Shown: positions 39,864 through 48,414 of the stretch, piece by piece
Layout: each line of letters starts with the position of its first letter
Position numbering within the stretch: the first letter of the stretch is position 1
Assembly: GCA_965116885.1 (NCBI GenBank)
Contig: OZ220741.1
Location: 2,464,001-2,528,000, forward strand
Direction of reading: 5' to 3'
Length of the DNA: 64,000 nucleotides
Source of the DNA: Candidatus Latescibacterota bacterium
GTDB lineage: Bacteria > Latescibacterota > UBA2968
The notes under the pieces: generated by a model
Seen by the model: only the letters and a program-made list of their open reading frames with translations
What the model was told of the DNA's origin: nothing
Databases searched by the model: none
Program-made: the position numbers and the translations under genes

Positions 39864-40511
39864 ATGGCAATGATTCGGGGAAAAGCACCAGAAGCCGATT
39901 TGCGACGAAGGTATAATAAGGTTTTTGGATATTGCACGTTGATCACGTTTGTCCTGCATACCGCCGTGGCTGTGATTTTTCCAACTTTTGACGCCTCTGC
40001 GAGTGATCGCAAGAAGAAACAGATTATCATTGAAAATGTGGATATTCCAGAAACCCGGCAGATAAAACGTCCGCCACCGCCACCGCGGCCTGCTGTGCCA
40101 ATTGAGACAGAGAGCGACGATGTGCCCGACGATGTGACTATTGAGAGCACAGATCTCGATTTTGACGATGCAATGGTCGATATGCCACCGCCACCGCCGC
40201 CAGGTTCACAAGAGGAAGAAGAAGAAATTTTCGAGTTTTTCATGGTTGAACAAAAACCAAAAGTCATAAAGCAGGTAAACCCGAAATATCCGGAAATCGC
40301 CCGCAAAGCCGGGTTGACTGGAAAAGTGTTTTTGAAGTTTTTGGTTGATAAGAGCGGGCGGGTAAGCAATGTGTCCGTACTTAGAGGTCAAGAAATTTTC
40401 CGGCAAGCAGCGATTGATGCCGTTTTGCAATTCAGGTTTGAACCAGCCCAGCAAAATGACAAGCCGGTTTCTGTATGGATGACACAGCCGATGTCTTTCC
40501 GTCTGAATTGA
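39864..40511 (+). CDS. tonB: TonB energy transducer
   Basis: TM with His, Pro-rich linker, PKYPEIARKAG..GKV..FEPA TonB-C domain. Confidence 0.9.
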   Translation: MAMIRGKAPEADLRRRYNKVFGYCTLITFVLHTAVAVIFPTFDASASDRKKKQIIIENVDIPETRQIKRPPPPPRPAVPIETESDDVPDDVTIESTDLDFDDAMVDMPPPPPPGSQEEEEEIFEFFMVEQKPKVIKQVNPKYPEIARKAGLTGKVFLKFLVDKSGRVSNVSVLRGQEIFRQAAIDAVLQFRFEPAQQNDKPVSVWMTQPMSFRLN

Positions 40512-40529
40512 GGTAGTAATTTTATGATT

Positions 40530-40566
40530 AAAAGGCCATTGTACAGGATGTACAATGGCCTTTTTT
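40530..40566 (+). terminator. Intrinsic terminator
   Basis: AAAGGCCATTGTACA-GGA-TGTACAATGGCCTTTTTT. Confidence 0.85.
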
Positions 40567-40674
40567 GTGTAAATATGTAAACAATACTTGACATATACGC
40601 CGAAATTTTACAATATATATTGCCTAATCCGAATTTTAAGTCTTTGTAAAGGTTCAAAATAGAGGAGATTTTCC

Positions 40675-41871
40675 ATGTACATGCGTTCCTTCTTTGCGAT
40701 GCTTTCATTGTCTGTGCTGATGGCTGGTTCTGCCCTCGCACAGGGAGTGAGCCCCGAATCGGCTGAAAAGTACAATGCCGGACAGGAATTATTCAAGAAA
40801 CGACAGTTTCAAAGAGCACTCGCATCCTTTGAAGAGGCTGTAAAGCTCGATGCCAAAAACGCGCAGGCATATCGCGCGATGGGCACGACGTACAAAAAGC
40901 TGCGCAATTATTCAAAGGCCATCGAAGCTTATCAAATGGCGACTTCAGTTAAGTCTGATTACGCAGCTGCTTATTTTGAAATGGGCGAATTGCAATTTCA
41001 GACCAAAGACTATAAAGGCGCCCAGGCCAGCATACAAAAGGTGCTGGCTACGGATCCCAGCTTTGAAGCAGATAAAACACGGAAGATATTGAAGAACGCC
41101 TATCTTCAAGAGGGCACCACATTGTTCAGGCGGCGCAATTACAAGGATGCTGCGGCTCAATATGAAAATGCCACGCAAATCGACCCTTCGGATGCGACCG
41201 TATTTTACTATTTGGGATTGGCACATAAAAGTGCGCGCAGTGTGAATGCCGCACGCGAAGCGCTTGAGACTGCTATTGAACTGAATCCGAACTATGGCAA
41301 AGCACATCGCGTCTTGGGCGATATCTTCAGGGCGACAGGAAAAAATAGCAGTGCAGCAAGGGCGTACTTAAATGCGATTAAGGCCGATGCAAAAGATACG
41401 AGGTCTCGTCTGAATTTAGCAATAGTCTATCAGGCGATGAAGCAAAATAGCAAAGCGATTTCCGTGCTTTCAAAAGCGGCACAGGTTGACCCCAAAAGTG
41501 CAACGGTTCACACAGCACTTGGCAAAGCCTATTCAGATTCCAGACAATACACAAATGCTGTTGCTTCCTACAAAAGGGCACTGGGCATTAAGAGTACTCC
41601 CGAGGTGAATTATCGGATAGCTGAACCCTATTTTGGACTCAAGCAATACCAAAATGCGATCAGGCACGCCAATAAAGCCGTGTCTTCGTCTAAATGGAGA
41701 GTGCCTGCCAATGTCATTCTGGGCGATTGTTATCGCGAGCTTGGCCAAAAAGAAAGAGCAATATCGCACTACAAAAAAGGGGCCACTGATCGCCGATACA
41801 AGAAATACGCCGAAGACCAGATTGATCGCATTCTCAATCCAATGGGCGGTGGAGAAGAAGAGGCACAGTAA
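40675..41871 (+). CDS. Exported TPR-repeat protein
   Basis: Signal peptide (..ALAQ), tandem TPRs across the protein. Confidence 0.9.
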   Translation: MYMRSFFAMLSLSVLMAGSALAQGVSPESAEKYNAGQELFKKRQFQRALASFEEAVKLDAKNAQAYRAMGTTYKKLRNYSKAIEAYQMATSVKSDYAAAYFEMGELQFQTKDYKGAQASIQKVLATDPSFEADKTRKILKNAYLQEGTTLFRRRNYKDAAAQYENATQIDPSDATVFYYLGLAHKSARSVNAAREALETAIELNPNYGKAHRVLGDIFRATGKNSSAARAYLNAIKADAKDTRSRLNLAIVYQAMKQNSKAISVLSKAAQVDPKSATVHTALGKAYSDSRQYTNAVASYKRALGIKSTPEVNYRIAEPYFGLKQYQNAIRHANKAVSSSKWRVPANVILGDCYRELGQKERAISHYKKGATDRRYKKYAEDQIDRILNPMGGGEEEAQ

Positions 41872-41897
41872 GCAGTGCAGTGATTTGTGTTAAGAAT

Positions 41898-41928
41898 AAA
41901 AAGGGACTCTTTGTGAGTCCCTTTTTTT
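41898..41928 (+). terminator. Intrinsic terminator
   Basis: AAAAAGGGACTC-TTTGT-GAGTCCCTTTTTTT. Confidence 0.85.
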
Positions 41929-41947
41929 GTAGGAGATATCTCCTTTT

Positions 41948-43099
41948 GTGAAAAAAGATACTTTTTTGTATGTCAGTGCCTTTTTAATGGATGGCTGTTT
42001 TTCTCTTGTGGGCATTTGCGTTCCATTATACGCCCTGCAATTCGGTGCGACTTATGACGATCTCGGGCACATCAATGCCTGGGGTGCACTGGCTTATACT
42101 CTGACCAGTCTTGTGTCGGGACGTCTTGCAGATCGCCTGGGTTATCGCCAGATTATGAGAATTGGAAGTTTTTGTCTTTTTCTGACATTTGTGGGATATA
42201 TCGGTGTCAATCGCATCTGGCATTTTATTTTGCTTTCCGTGCTTTCTGCTGTTGCTATTGCACATTATTGGCCTCCGATGCAAGCCTATCTTGGGCGTGG
42301 AAAATCGCGAGACAGGCTGTTACCCGCGTTGGGGCGATTCAATGTGGCATGGACACTGGGTGTGTTTGTTGGACCAGCCGCAGGTGGTGTGTTGTTCGCA
42401 TTCCACCCTTTTAGCGGATTTATTCTGGGTGGTTTTTTGGTCGTTTTGTTATTTGCCGGTTTGCTCGTTGTTCCGATTGTGGAATCGGAGCCTGATGTTG
42501 TAAATAGACGGTCGGTTGCCGCAACGTCGGGACATTTTTTACCGCTTGCATTGCTGGCTAATTTTGCAACGTTTTTTGTGATTGGGCTTATACGTGCGCT
42601 CTTTCCAAAGTTGGCGACGGATCTCGGCATTTCACCGGATTTGCTGGGGTTTTTGCTCGCGCTGATCGCTTTGACCCAACTTGCGGTTTTTTATTTTATG
42701 TCGCGGACAGATCGATGGCAATTTCGCCTGTCACCCATTATTTTTGCTCAGCTTTTGGCCGCTTTTGGCCTCGGTTTGATCGGGATAGGTACAAGGCCGA
42801 TTGCTTTTGCATGTGGTTTTTTGCTGTTGGGTGTGCTGATTGGGGTGACGTTTACAGCGAGTATTTTTTACAGTTTGTACGCCGAAGGGCCTGGAGGCCG
42901 TCGCACGGGTATTCACGAAGCGATTGTGGGGAGTGGATTTTTATTTGGTCCGCTTCTCGGCGGTCTTGTTGCCGAGCATTTTAATGCGCGATTGCCCTAT
43001 TTGATGGGTAGTATGGTTATTCTGGTGACGATAGGTATTCAGTTGTTTGTCCATAAAATGAAAGCTCCCCGCAGCTTTGCGCCACAGGCGGGCGACTAA
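41948..43099 (+). CDS. MFS transporter
   Basis: Multi-TM; motif A GRLADRLGYR; GPLLGG. Confidence 0.9.
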   Translation: MKKDTFLYVSAFLMDGCFSLVGICVPLYALQFGATYDDLGHINAWGALAYTLTSLVSGRLADRLGYRQIMRIGSFCLFLTFVGYIGVNRIWHFILLSVLSAVAIAHYWPPMQAYLGRGKSRDRLLPALGRFNVAWTLGVFVGPAAGGVLFAFHPFSGFILGGFLVVLLFAGLLVVPIVESEPDVVNRRSVAATSGHFLPLALLANFATFFVIGLIRALFPKLATDLGISPDLLGFLLALIALTQLAVFYFMSRTDRWQFRLSPIIFAQLLAAFGLGLIGIGTRPIAFACGFLLLGVLIGVTFTASIFYSLYAEGPGGRRTGIHEAIVGSGFLFGPLLGGLVAEHFNARLPYLMGSMVILVTIGIQLFVHKMKAPRSFAPQAGD

Positions 43100-43118
43100 T
43101 TTTCAATTTGTGTGGAGG

Positions 43119-43769
43119 ATGAATTTGAAAAAGCGTTTTAGTAAAGCCGAGAAAGCCGAAAGAATTGCCGAGATTTTGGATGAGTTATATCCCGATCCCG
43201 AAGGGTCGCTGAGACACGGGAGTGCTTATACTCTGCTGGTTGCGGTGTTGTTGTCGGCGCAGTGTACCGATGTGCGGGTCAATCAGGTGACGCCGGTTTT
43301 ATTTGCCAGGGCAGATACGCCAGAGAAGATGGTTGCGCTGTCGGTTGAAGAAATTGAGAGTATTATCCGTCCGTGCGGATTGGCACCTCGAAAAGCGCAG
43401 GCGATTTTTGATTTGTCTTGCATTTTACTGGATAAACACGATGGCGAGGTGCCCCAATCTTATGAAGATTTGGAAGCATTGCCCGGCGTGGGACACAAGA
43501 CGGCGTCGGTGGTGATGGCTCAGGCTTTTGGCGTGCCGGCATTTCCCGTGGATACGCATATTCACCGTCTCGCCTATCGATGGGGATTGTCCAGTGGCAA
43601 AAATGTGGTGCAGACCGAACGCGATTTGAAACGCATTTTTCCCGCGGAAATTTGGAATAAGCTGCATTTGCAGATTATTTTTTTTGGACGAGAATATTGC
43701 CCGGCGAGAGGCCATGATCTCCATCAATGTCGCATTTGTAGTGTGTATGGACGCAGGAGTTTATTGTGA
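43119..43769 (+). CDS. nth: Endonuclease III
   Basis: LLVAVLLSAQCTD, LPGVGHKTA (HhH), VDTHIHR. Confidence 0.93.
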   Translation: MNLKKRFSKAEKAERIAEILDELYPDPEGSLRHGSAYTLLVAVLLSAQCTDVRVNQVTPVLFARADTPEKMVALSVEEIESIIRPCGLAPRKAQAIFDLSCILLDKHDGEVPQSYEDLEALPGVGHKTASVVMAQAFGVPAFPVDTHIHRLAYRWGLSSGKNVVQTERDLKRIFPAEIWNKLHLQIIFFGREYCPARGHDLHQCRICSVYGRRSLL

Positions 43770-43785
43770 AAGATTGGAGGTGGAA

Positions 43786-44925
43786 GTGAAGATTCGAGCG
43801 ATTTCGATTTCGATTTTTGAGTTGCCTGCCAATACGGGTCGGTTTCGGATGGAACAAACCGGTCAGGGTGCCCGCAAGCGATGGGCAAAGCGGGGTACGG
43901 GTAAGTCGGCAGAGCATATACACGTTTTGCATGTGAAGACCGACGAAGACATCGAAGGGGTGTGTACGGTAGGGGATGCGCGGTACACGACGATGCGTTC
44001 TGAAGATCTGGAGCAATTGCGGTTGCTGGCGATTGGCGAAGATCCATTTGATCGCGAGCGGCTCGCTCAAAAATTACACAAAGCAACGCGCGGCATGTTC
44101 ACGCGCCCTGGATGGTTTGGTGCTTTTGACAATTGTTTGTGGGATATTGCCGGCAAGGTTGCGGAGCTGCCTGTTCACAGTTTGATTGGTCGGGCGCGGT
44201 CTTGTTGTGCGGCTTATTACAATTTTAGAAGTGGGTCACAAGAGGAGGCTGTAGCCGATGCAAAAAAGGCAGTGGATATGGGATTTTTGGCTGTAAAGGA
44301 TCACTTTGGGGGTACGGCAGATGAAAATATCGCGTGTTTTCACGCTGTGCGCGATGCGGTTGGAGATGATGTCGATATTTTGCACGATGCCGCAGGATGT
44401 GATTATACGTTGCAAGATGCGATTCGGGTGGGTAAGACTCTGGAGGCGTTGCGGTTTGGTTGGTTTGAAGAGCCTTTGGCAGATCGAGATCAAAAGAGCT
44501 TGCAGCGTTTGTGCGATGCGCTGGATATTCCCATTTTGGCTCCTGAGACTTTGATGCACGATGTGGATTTGAGCGCGCAATGGATTATTTCTGGGGCAAC
44601 CGATGCCCTGCGCGCCAATGCGCGGCTGGGGACAACTCCGACGTTGAAGTTGGCACATTTGGTGGAGATGCACGGTGCAAATATTGAATTTAATGGACCG
44701 GGTGGGTTGTTTGGGCTGGTGCATGCACATCTGGTTTGTGCCATATCGAATACGAGTTATTACGAGTTTTTCCCCGGGGGATCCCGGGATGTGCGCGGTC
44801 GGGAGATTGGGTTGCTCAATCCACCATTGCCCGAGAATGGCCATATTACACCGCCCAATGATCCCGGATGGGGTGCCGAATGGGATTGGGAATTTTTTGA
44901 GAAGAAGCGGATTGGAGAGTTGTAA
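43786..44925 (+). CDS. Mandelate racemase/enolase-superfamily enzyme
   Basis: DNCLWDIAGK, VKDH, LHDA, WFEEP, APE. Confidence 0.85.
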   Translation: MKIRAISISIFELPANTGRFRMEQTGQGARKRWAKRGTGKSAEHIHVLHVKTDEDIEGVCTVGDARYTTMRSEDLEQLRLLAIGEDPFDRERLAQKLHKATRGMFTRPGWFGAFDNCLWDIAGKVAELPVHSLIGRARSCCAAYYNFRSGSQEEAVADAKKAVDMGFLAVKDHFGGTADENIACFHAVRDAVGDDVDILHDAAGCDYTLQDAIRVGKTLEALRFGWFEEPLADRDQKSLQRLCDALDIPILAPETLMHDVDLSAQWIISGATDALRANARLGTTPTLKLAHLVEMHGANIEFNGPGGLFGLVHAHLVCAISNTSYYEFFPGGSRDVRGREIGLLNPPLPENGHITPPNDPGWGAEWDWEFFEKKRIGEL

Positions 44926-44950
44926 AAAGCGACAACTGAAAGGAGATTTT

Positions 44951-46195
44951 ATGGCTTCTGATAAACCAAATATTATTCTGATTTTATCCGATGATTTGGG
45001 ATATGAATGCCTGGGGTGTTATGGGGGGGAATCGTATCAGACTCCCGTGCTGGATGGTTTGAGCAAGGAGGGGATGCGTTTTGACCATGCGTATGTCCTG
45101 CCGTTGTGTACGCCAACGCGGTTACAGTTGATGACGGGTAAATACAATTTTCGCAATTGGCGAGCTTTTGGGGTGATGGATCCGCAGGAGCGCACTTTTG
45201 GACATTTGATGAAAGCGGCTGGCTATAAGACGTGTATTTCGGGCAAATGGCAAATGTATAGCTATAATCCGCCGGATTTTGAACCCGAGTGGCGCGGCAA
45301 GGGGCAATTGGCGGAAGATTCGGGTTTTGACGAGTATTGTTTGTGGCATACGGAACACACGGAGGATAAGGGGTCGCGATATGCCGATCCGGTGATTCAA
45401 CAAAATGGGGCGTATTTGGAGGATACAGAGGGTAAGTACGGTCCGGATATTTATACGGCTTATATTTGCGATTATATCGAGCGACATAAGGACGATCCGT
45501 TTTTTGTTTATTATCCCATGGCGCTGACACACGGTCCGTTTGAACCCACGCCCCATAGCCAAATATGGTCTGAAAACCGACACGATAGCGGGGTGAAGTA
45601 TTTTAAAGATATGGTTGAGTATATGGATGTGGTGATTGGGCGAATTGTGGATAAATTGGATGAGCTTGGGCTTAGAGAGAATACTTTGCTTTTGTTTATT
45701 GGCGATAATGGGTCGCCCCGTCAGGTGACTTCTATGATCAATGGTCGCGAGTTCCAGGGGGGAAAAGGTCTTTCGACGGATGCGGGTACACGGGTGCCAT
45801 TTGTTGCGAGTTGGCCGGGTGCGATTCCACCGGGGTCTGTTTGTGATGATTTGATCGATTGTAGCGATTTTGTGCCCACTATGATGGATATGGCTGGTAT
45901 TTCTTTGCCCGAGGACGATGTGTTTGATGGGGTATCATTTTTGCCGCAGTTAAAGGGTGAGACGGGAACGCCGCGCGAGTGGATTTTTGCCCATCACGAT
46001 CCTTTGCCCGGATGGGGTAAGGAGGGTTACTATTTAAAGCGATGGGCACAGGATAAACGCTGGAAACTCTACGATACAGGCGATTTGTACGATGTGGTAG
46101 CAGATGAGTTGGAAGAGCATCCGGTCGTCGATGGCGGTGCAGACGCAGAGGCAGCGCGACGAAAATTGCAGCCCGTGCTGGATCGGATGAAGTAG
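44951..46195 (+). CDS. Cys-type sulfatase (arylsulfatase-like)
   Basis: AGGAG RBS; PNIILILSDDLG, CTPTR, GKW, GDNG. Confidence 0.92.
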   Translation: MASDKPNIILILSDDLGYECLGCYGGESYQTPVLDGLSKEGMRFDHAYVLPLCTPTRLQLMTGKYNFRNWRAFGVMDPQERTFGHLMKAAGYKTCISGKWQMYSYNPPDFEPEWRGKGQLAEDSGFDEYCLWHTEHTEDKGSRYADPVIQQNGAYLEDTEGKYGPDIYTAYICDYIERHKDDPFFVYYPMALTHGPFEPTPHSQIWSENRHDSGVKYFKDMVEYMDVVIGRIVDKLDELGLRENTLLLFIGDNGSPRQVTSMINGREFQGGKGLSTDAGTRVPFVASWPGAIPPGSVCDDLIDCSDFVPTMMDMAGISLPEDDVFDGVSFLPQLKGETGTPREWIFAHHDPLPGWGKEGYYLKRWAQDKRWKLYDTGDLYDVVADELEEHPVVDGGADAEAARRKLQPVLDRMK

Positions 46196-46287
46196 CAGGT
46201 GTGTTGCACATTTTGTTCTGTGGAATAAGGCTATTGTGAACATATCGTTCAACACCCGCCTGCTCTGATATAGTATAAGTTTTTTTA

Positions 46288-46331
46288 TAACAATAAGTTA
46301 TTGCTCCAAGCGGTTCTGGCACGCTCCTTGC
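46288..46331 (+). promoter_or_regulatory. Sigma-54 promoter with IHF-like site upstream of comM/yifB
   Basis: TGGCACGCTCCTTGC (46317-31, GG-N10-GC); TAACAATAAGTTA (46288-300), one mismatch to WATCAANNNNTTR. Confidence 0.75.
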
Positions 46332-46381
46332 CTGATTCTATTGCTTCTTTTAGTGGGTTCCTTTCAGGCAAGGAGGTTTTG

Positions 46382-47920
46382 ATGACTGCGCGTGTGTTGA
46401 GTTGTGCAATACTGGGTATTGATGCGTATATCGTGCATATTGAGGCGGATATTTCGCGTCGGCTTCCCTCATTTTCAGTGGTGGGTTTGCCCGATAGTGC
46501 TGTGAAGGAGAGCCGGGATCGGGTGATGGCTGCGATTAAAAATGCCGGGCGAACATTTCCAACTAACCGGATTACGGTGAATTTGGCACCGGCAGATATC
46601 CGAAAGGAAGGCTCGGCATTCGATTTGCCGATTGCGATAGGCATTATTGCCGCGATGGGCGATTCAATTTCACCCGAGAAGCTGTCGCAATATCTCATTT
46701 TGGGTGAGTTGGCTTTAGATGGCACGGTGCGACCCGTGCGCGGGGTGCTGTCAATGGCTGTGGAAGCCAAAAAGGCGGGCTTAAAAGGGTTGCTCGTTCC
46801 TGTGGAGAATGCGCGAGAGGCGGCGATTACAGGCGGGTTAGATGTTTTGCCGGTATGCGATTTGAGTGAGGCACTGGATTTTTTCGAGGGGTATTGCGAT
46901 ATCATGCCCTTTGAAATCGATAGTAAGGCGATTTTTCGGCGGGCGCGGATGCATCGGGTGGATTTTAAGGATGTGCGCGGGCAAGAGCATGCAAAGCGCG
47001 CGCTGGAGGTGGCGGCGGCAGGCGCGCATAACGCAATTCTCATGGGGCCTCCCGGATCGGGTAAGACGATGCTCGCCAGGAGATTGCCGACTATTTTACC
47101 CGATCTGACGCTGGATGAGGCTCTGCAGACGACAAAAATTCACTCGGTGGCGGGGTTGTTGACGCCCGATACGGCACTCGTGGCAGTAAGGCCGTTTCGC
47201 TCGCCGCATCACACGATTTCAGATGCGGGGTTGATCGGTGGCGGTCCCTATCCCCGACCAGGAGAGGTGTCGCTGGCACATCACGGGGTGCTGTTTTTGG
47301 ATGAGCTTCCCGAGTTTAAGAAACAGGTTTTGGAATCTCTTCGACAACCTGTTGAGGACAGTTTTGTGACGATTGCCCGCGCGGCGATGTCGCTTTCGTA
47401 TCCCGCGCAGTTTATGCTCGTTTGCGCCATGAATCCGTGTCCGTGCGGGTATTTGGGCGATCCACACCACGAGTGTATTTGCTCGCCACCTGTGGTCCAG
47501 CGCTATGTCAATCGGATCTCGGGACCGCTGATGGATCGCATTGATATTCACGTAGAAGCCCCGGCCGTGCAGTATGAAGAATTGGCCAATGAACCGGCTG
47601 GCGAGTCTTCAGCAGCGGTTCGCAAGCGCGTGCAAAGCGCGCGGCAAATACAGTTGGAACGGTTTGCGGATTATAGCGATTTGTTTAGCAACGCGCACAT
47701 GGGGTCGCGAGAGATTCGGATGTTTTGTAAAATAGATGATAGGAGCGAGGAGTTGTTGCGGATGGCGATTACGCGATTGGGGCTGTCGGCGCGGGCCTAT
47801 GATCGCATTCTGAAGGCGAGCCGCACAATAGCAGACCTGGAAGGCGAAGAGGATATCCAATCGCGCCACGTTGCCGAGGCGATTCAATACCGTAGTCTGG
47901 ATAGAAGATTGTGGGAGTAA
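46382..47920 (+). CDS. comM: YifB/ComM Mg-chelatase-like AAA+ ATPase
   Basis: VGLPD, ESRDRV, NLAPAD, GPPGSGKT, PFRSPHH, LFLDELPEF, NPCPCG, SGPLMDRID. Confidence 0.95.
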   Translation: MTARVLSCAILGIDAYIVHIEADISRRLPSFSVVGLPDSAVKESRDRVMAAIKNAGRTFPTNRITVNLAPADIRKEGSAFDLPIAIGIIAAMGDSISPEKLSQYLILGELALDGTVRPVRGVLSMAVEAKKAGLKGLLVPVENAREAAITGGLDVLPVCDLSEALDFFEGYCDIMPFEIDSKAIFRRARMHRVDFKDVRGQEHAKRALEVAAAGAHNAILMGPPGSGKTMLARRLPTILPDLTLDEALQTTKIHSVAGLLTPDTALVAVRPFRSPHHTISDAGLIGGGPYPRPGEVSLAHHGVLFLDELPEFKKQVLESLRQPVEDSFVTIARAAMSLSYPAQFMLVCAMNPCPCGYLGDPHHECICSPPVVQRYVNRISGPLMDRIDIHVEAPAVQYEELANEPAGESSAAVRKRVQSARQIQLERFADYSDLFSNAHMGSREIRMFCKIDDRSEELLRMAITRLGLSARAYDRILKASRTIADLEGEEDIQSRHVAEAIQYRSLDRRLWE

Positions 47921-47928
47921 TATCACAA

Positions 47929-47957
47929 TTGTAAAACGATGTCCAGGACGGTATATT
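47929..47957 (+). promoter_or_regulatory. Sigma-70 promoter with palindromic operator (TA-type)
   Basis: TTGTAA-N17-TATATT with GTCC-A-GGAC in the spacer. Confidence 0.5.
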
Positions 47958-47999
47958 ATGACATTCCTCGAAACAGTTGAGCAGGAGTATCCAAAATGA
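47958..47999 (+). pseudogene. Internally deleted RelE/HigB-type toxin remnant
   Basis: MTFLETVEQEYPK*; stop overlaps antitoxin start (ATGA). Confidence 0.55.
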
Positions 48000-48337
48000 A
48001 AAAAGAACTGTTTGATGATTTACTCCAAAGTGTGCGTGAGGGAGGTGCTATTATGCGTGGTGAGATGACACCGAGTCGTGTATTTGATTTTACGCCATTG
48101 GATGTCAAAGCTGTTCGCGAAAAGCTCAATAAGTCTCAACATGAATTTGCACTCCTGATGGGTGTGAGTACGTCAACGCTACAAGATTGGGAAAAAGAGT
48201 GTTGCATTCCCCAGGGCTCTGCCCGTGCAGTATTAAAAATTGTGGAAAAGAATCCCAAAGAGTTTGCCGAGGTATTAGAGGTGTGCAAAAAATCTCTTGC
48301 AGGGGATCGTCAGGACTCGTCCAGTCAACAGGATTAA
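47996..48337 (+). CDS. XRE-family HTH protein (HigA/NadS-like antitoxin)
   Basis: ELFDDLLQSVREG, DVKAVREKLNKSQHEFALLMGVSTSTLQDWE, PQGSARAVL. Confidence 0.85.
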   Translation: MKKELFDDLLQSVREGGAIMRGEMTPSRVFDFTPLDVKAVREKLNKSQHEFALLMGVSTSTLQDWEKECCIPQGSARAVLKIVEKNPKEFAEVLEVCKKSLAGDRQDSSSQQD

Positions 48338-48366
48338 GTTCATCCTGAATTGGCGGATCTCAAAAC

Positions 48367-48403
48367 AAAAAGCGGAGCATTGACAAGTGCTTCGCTTTTT
48401 TTT
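48367..48403 (+). terminator. Intrinsic terminator
   Basis: AAAAAGCGGAGCAT..GTGCTTCGCTTTTTTTT. Confidence 0.7.
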
Positions 48404-48414
48404 AGGCTTGCAAT

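Noticed and set aside
43690..43769. Endonuclease III with only three C-terminal Cys
   Set aside because: Variant Fe-S motifs occur in Nth subfamilies; not evidence of a pseudogene.
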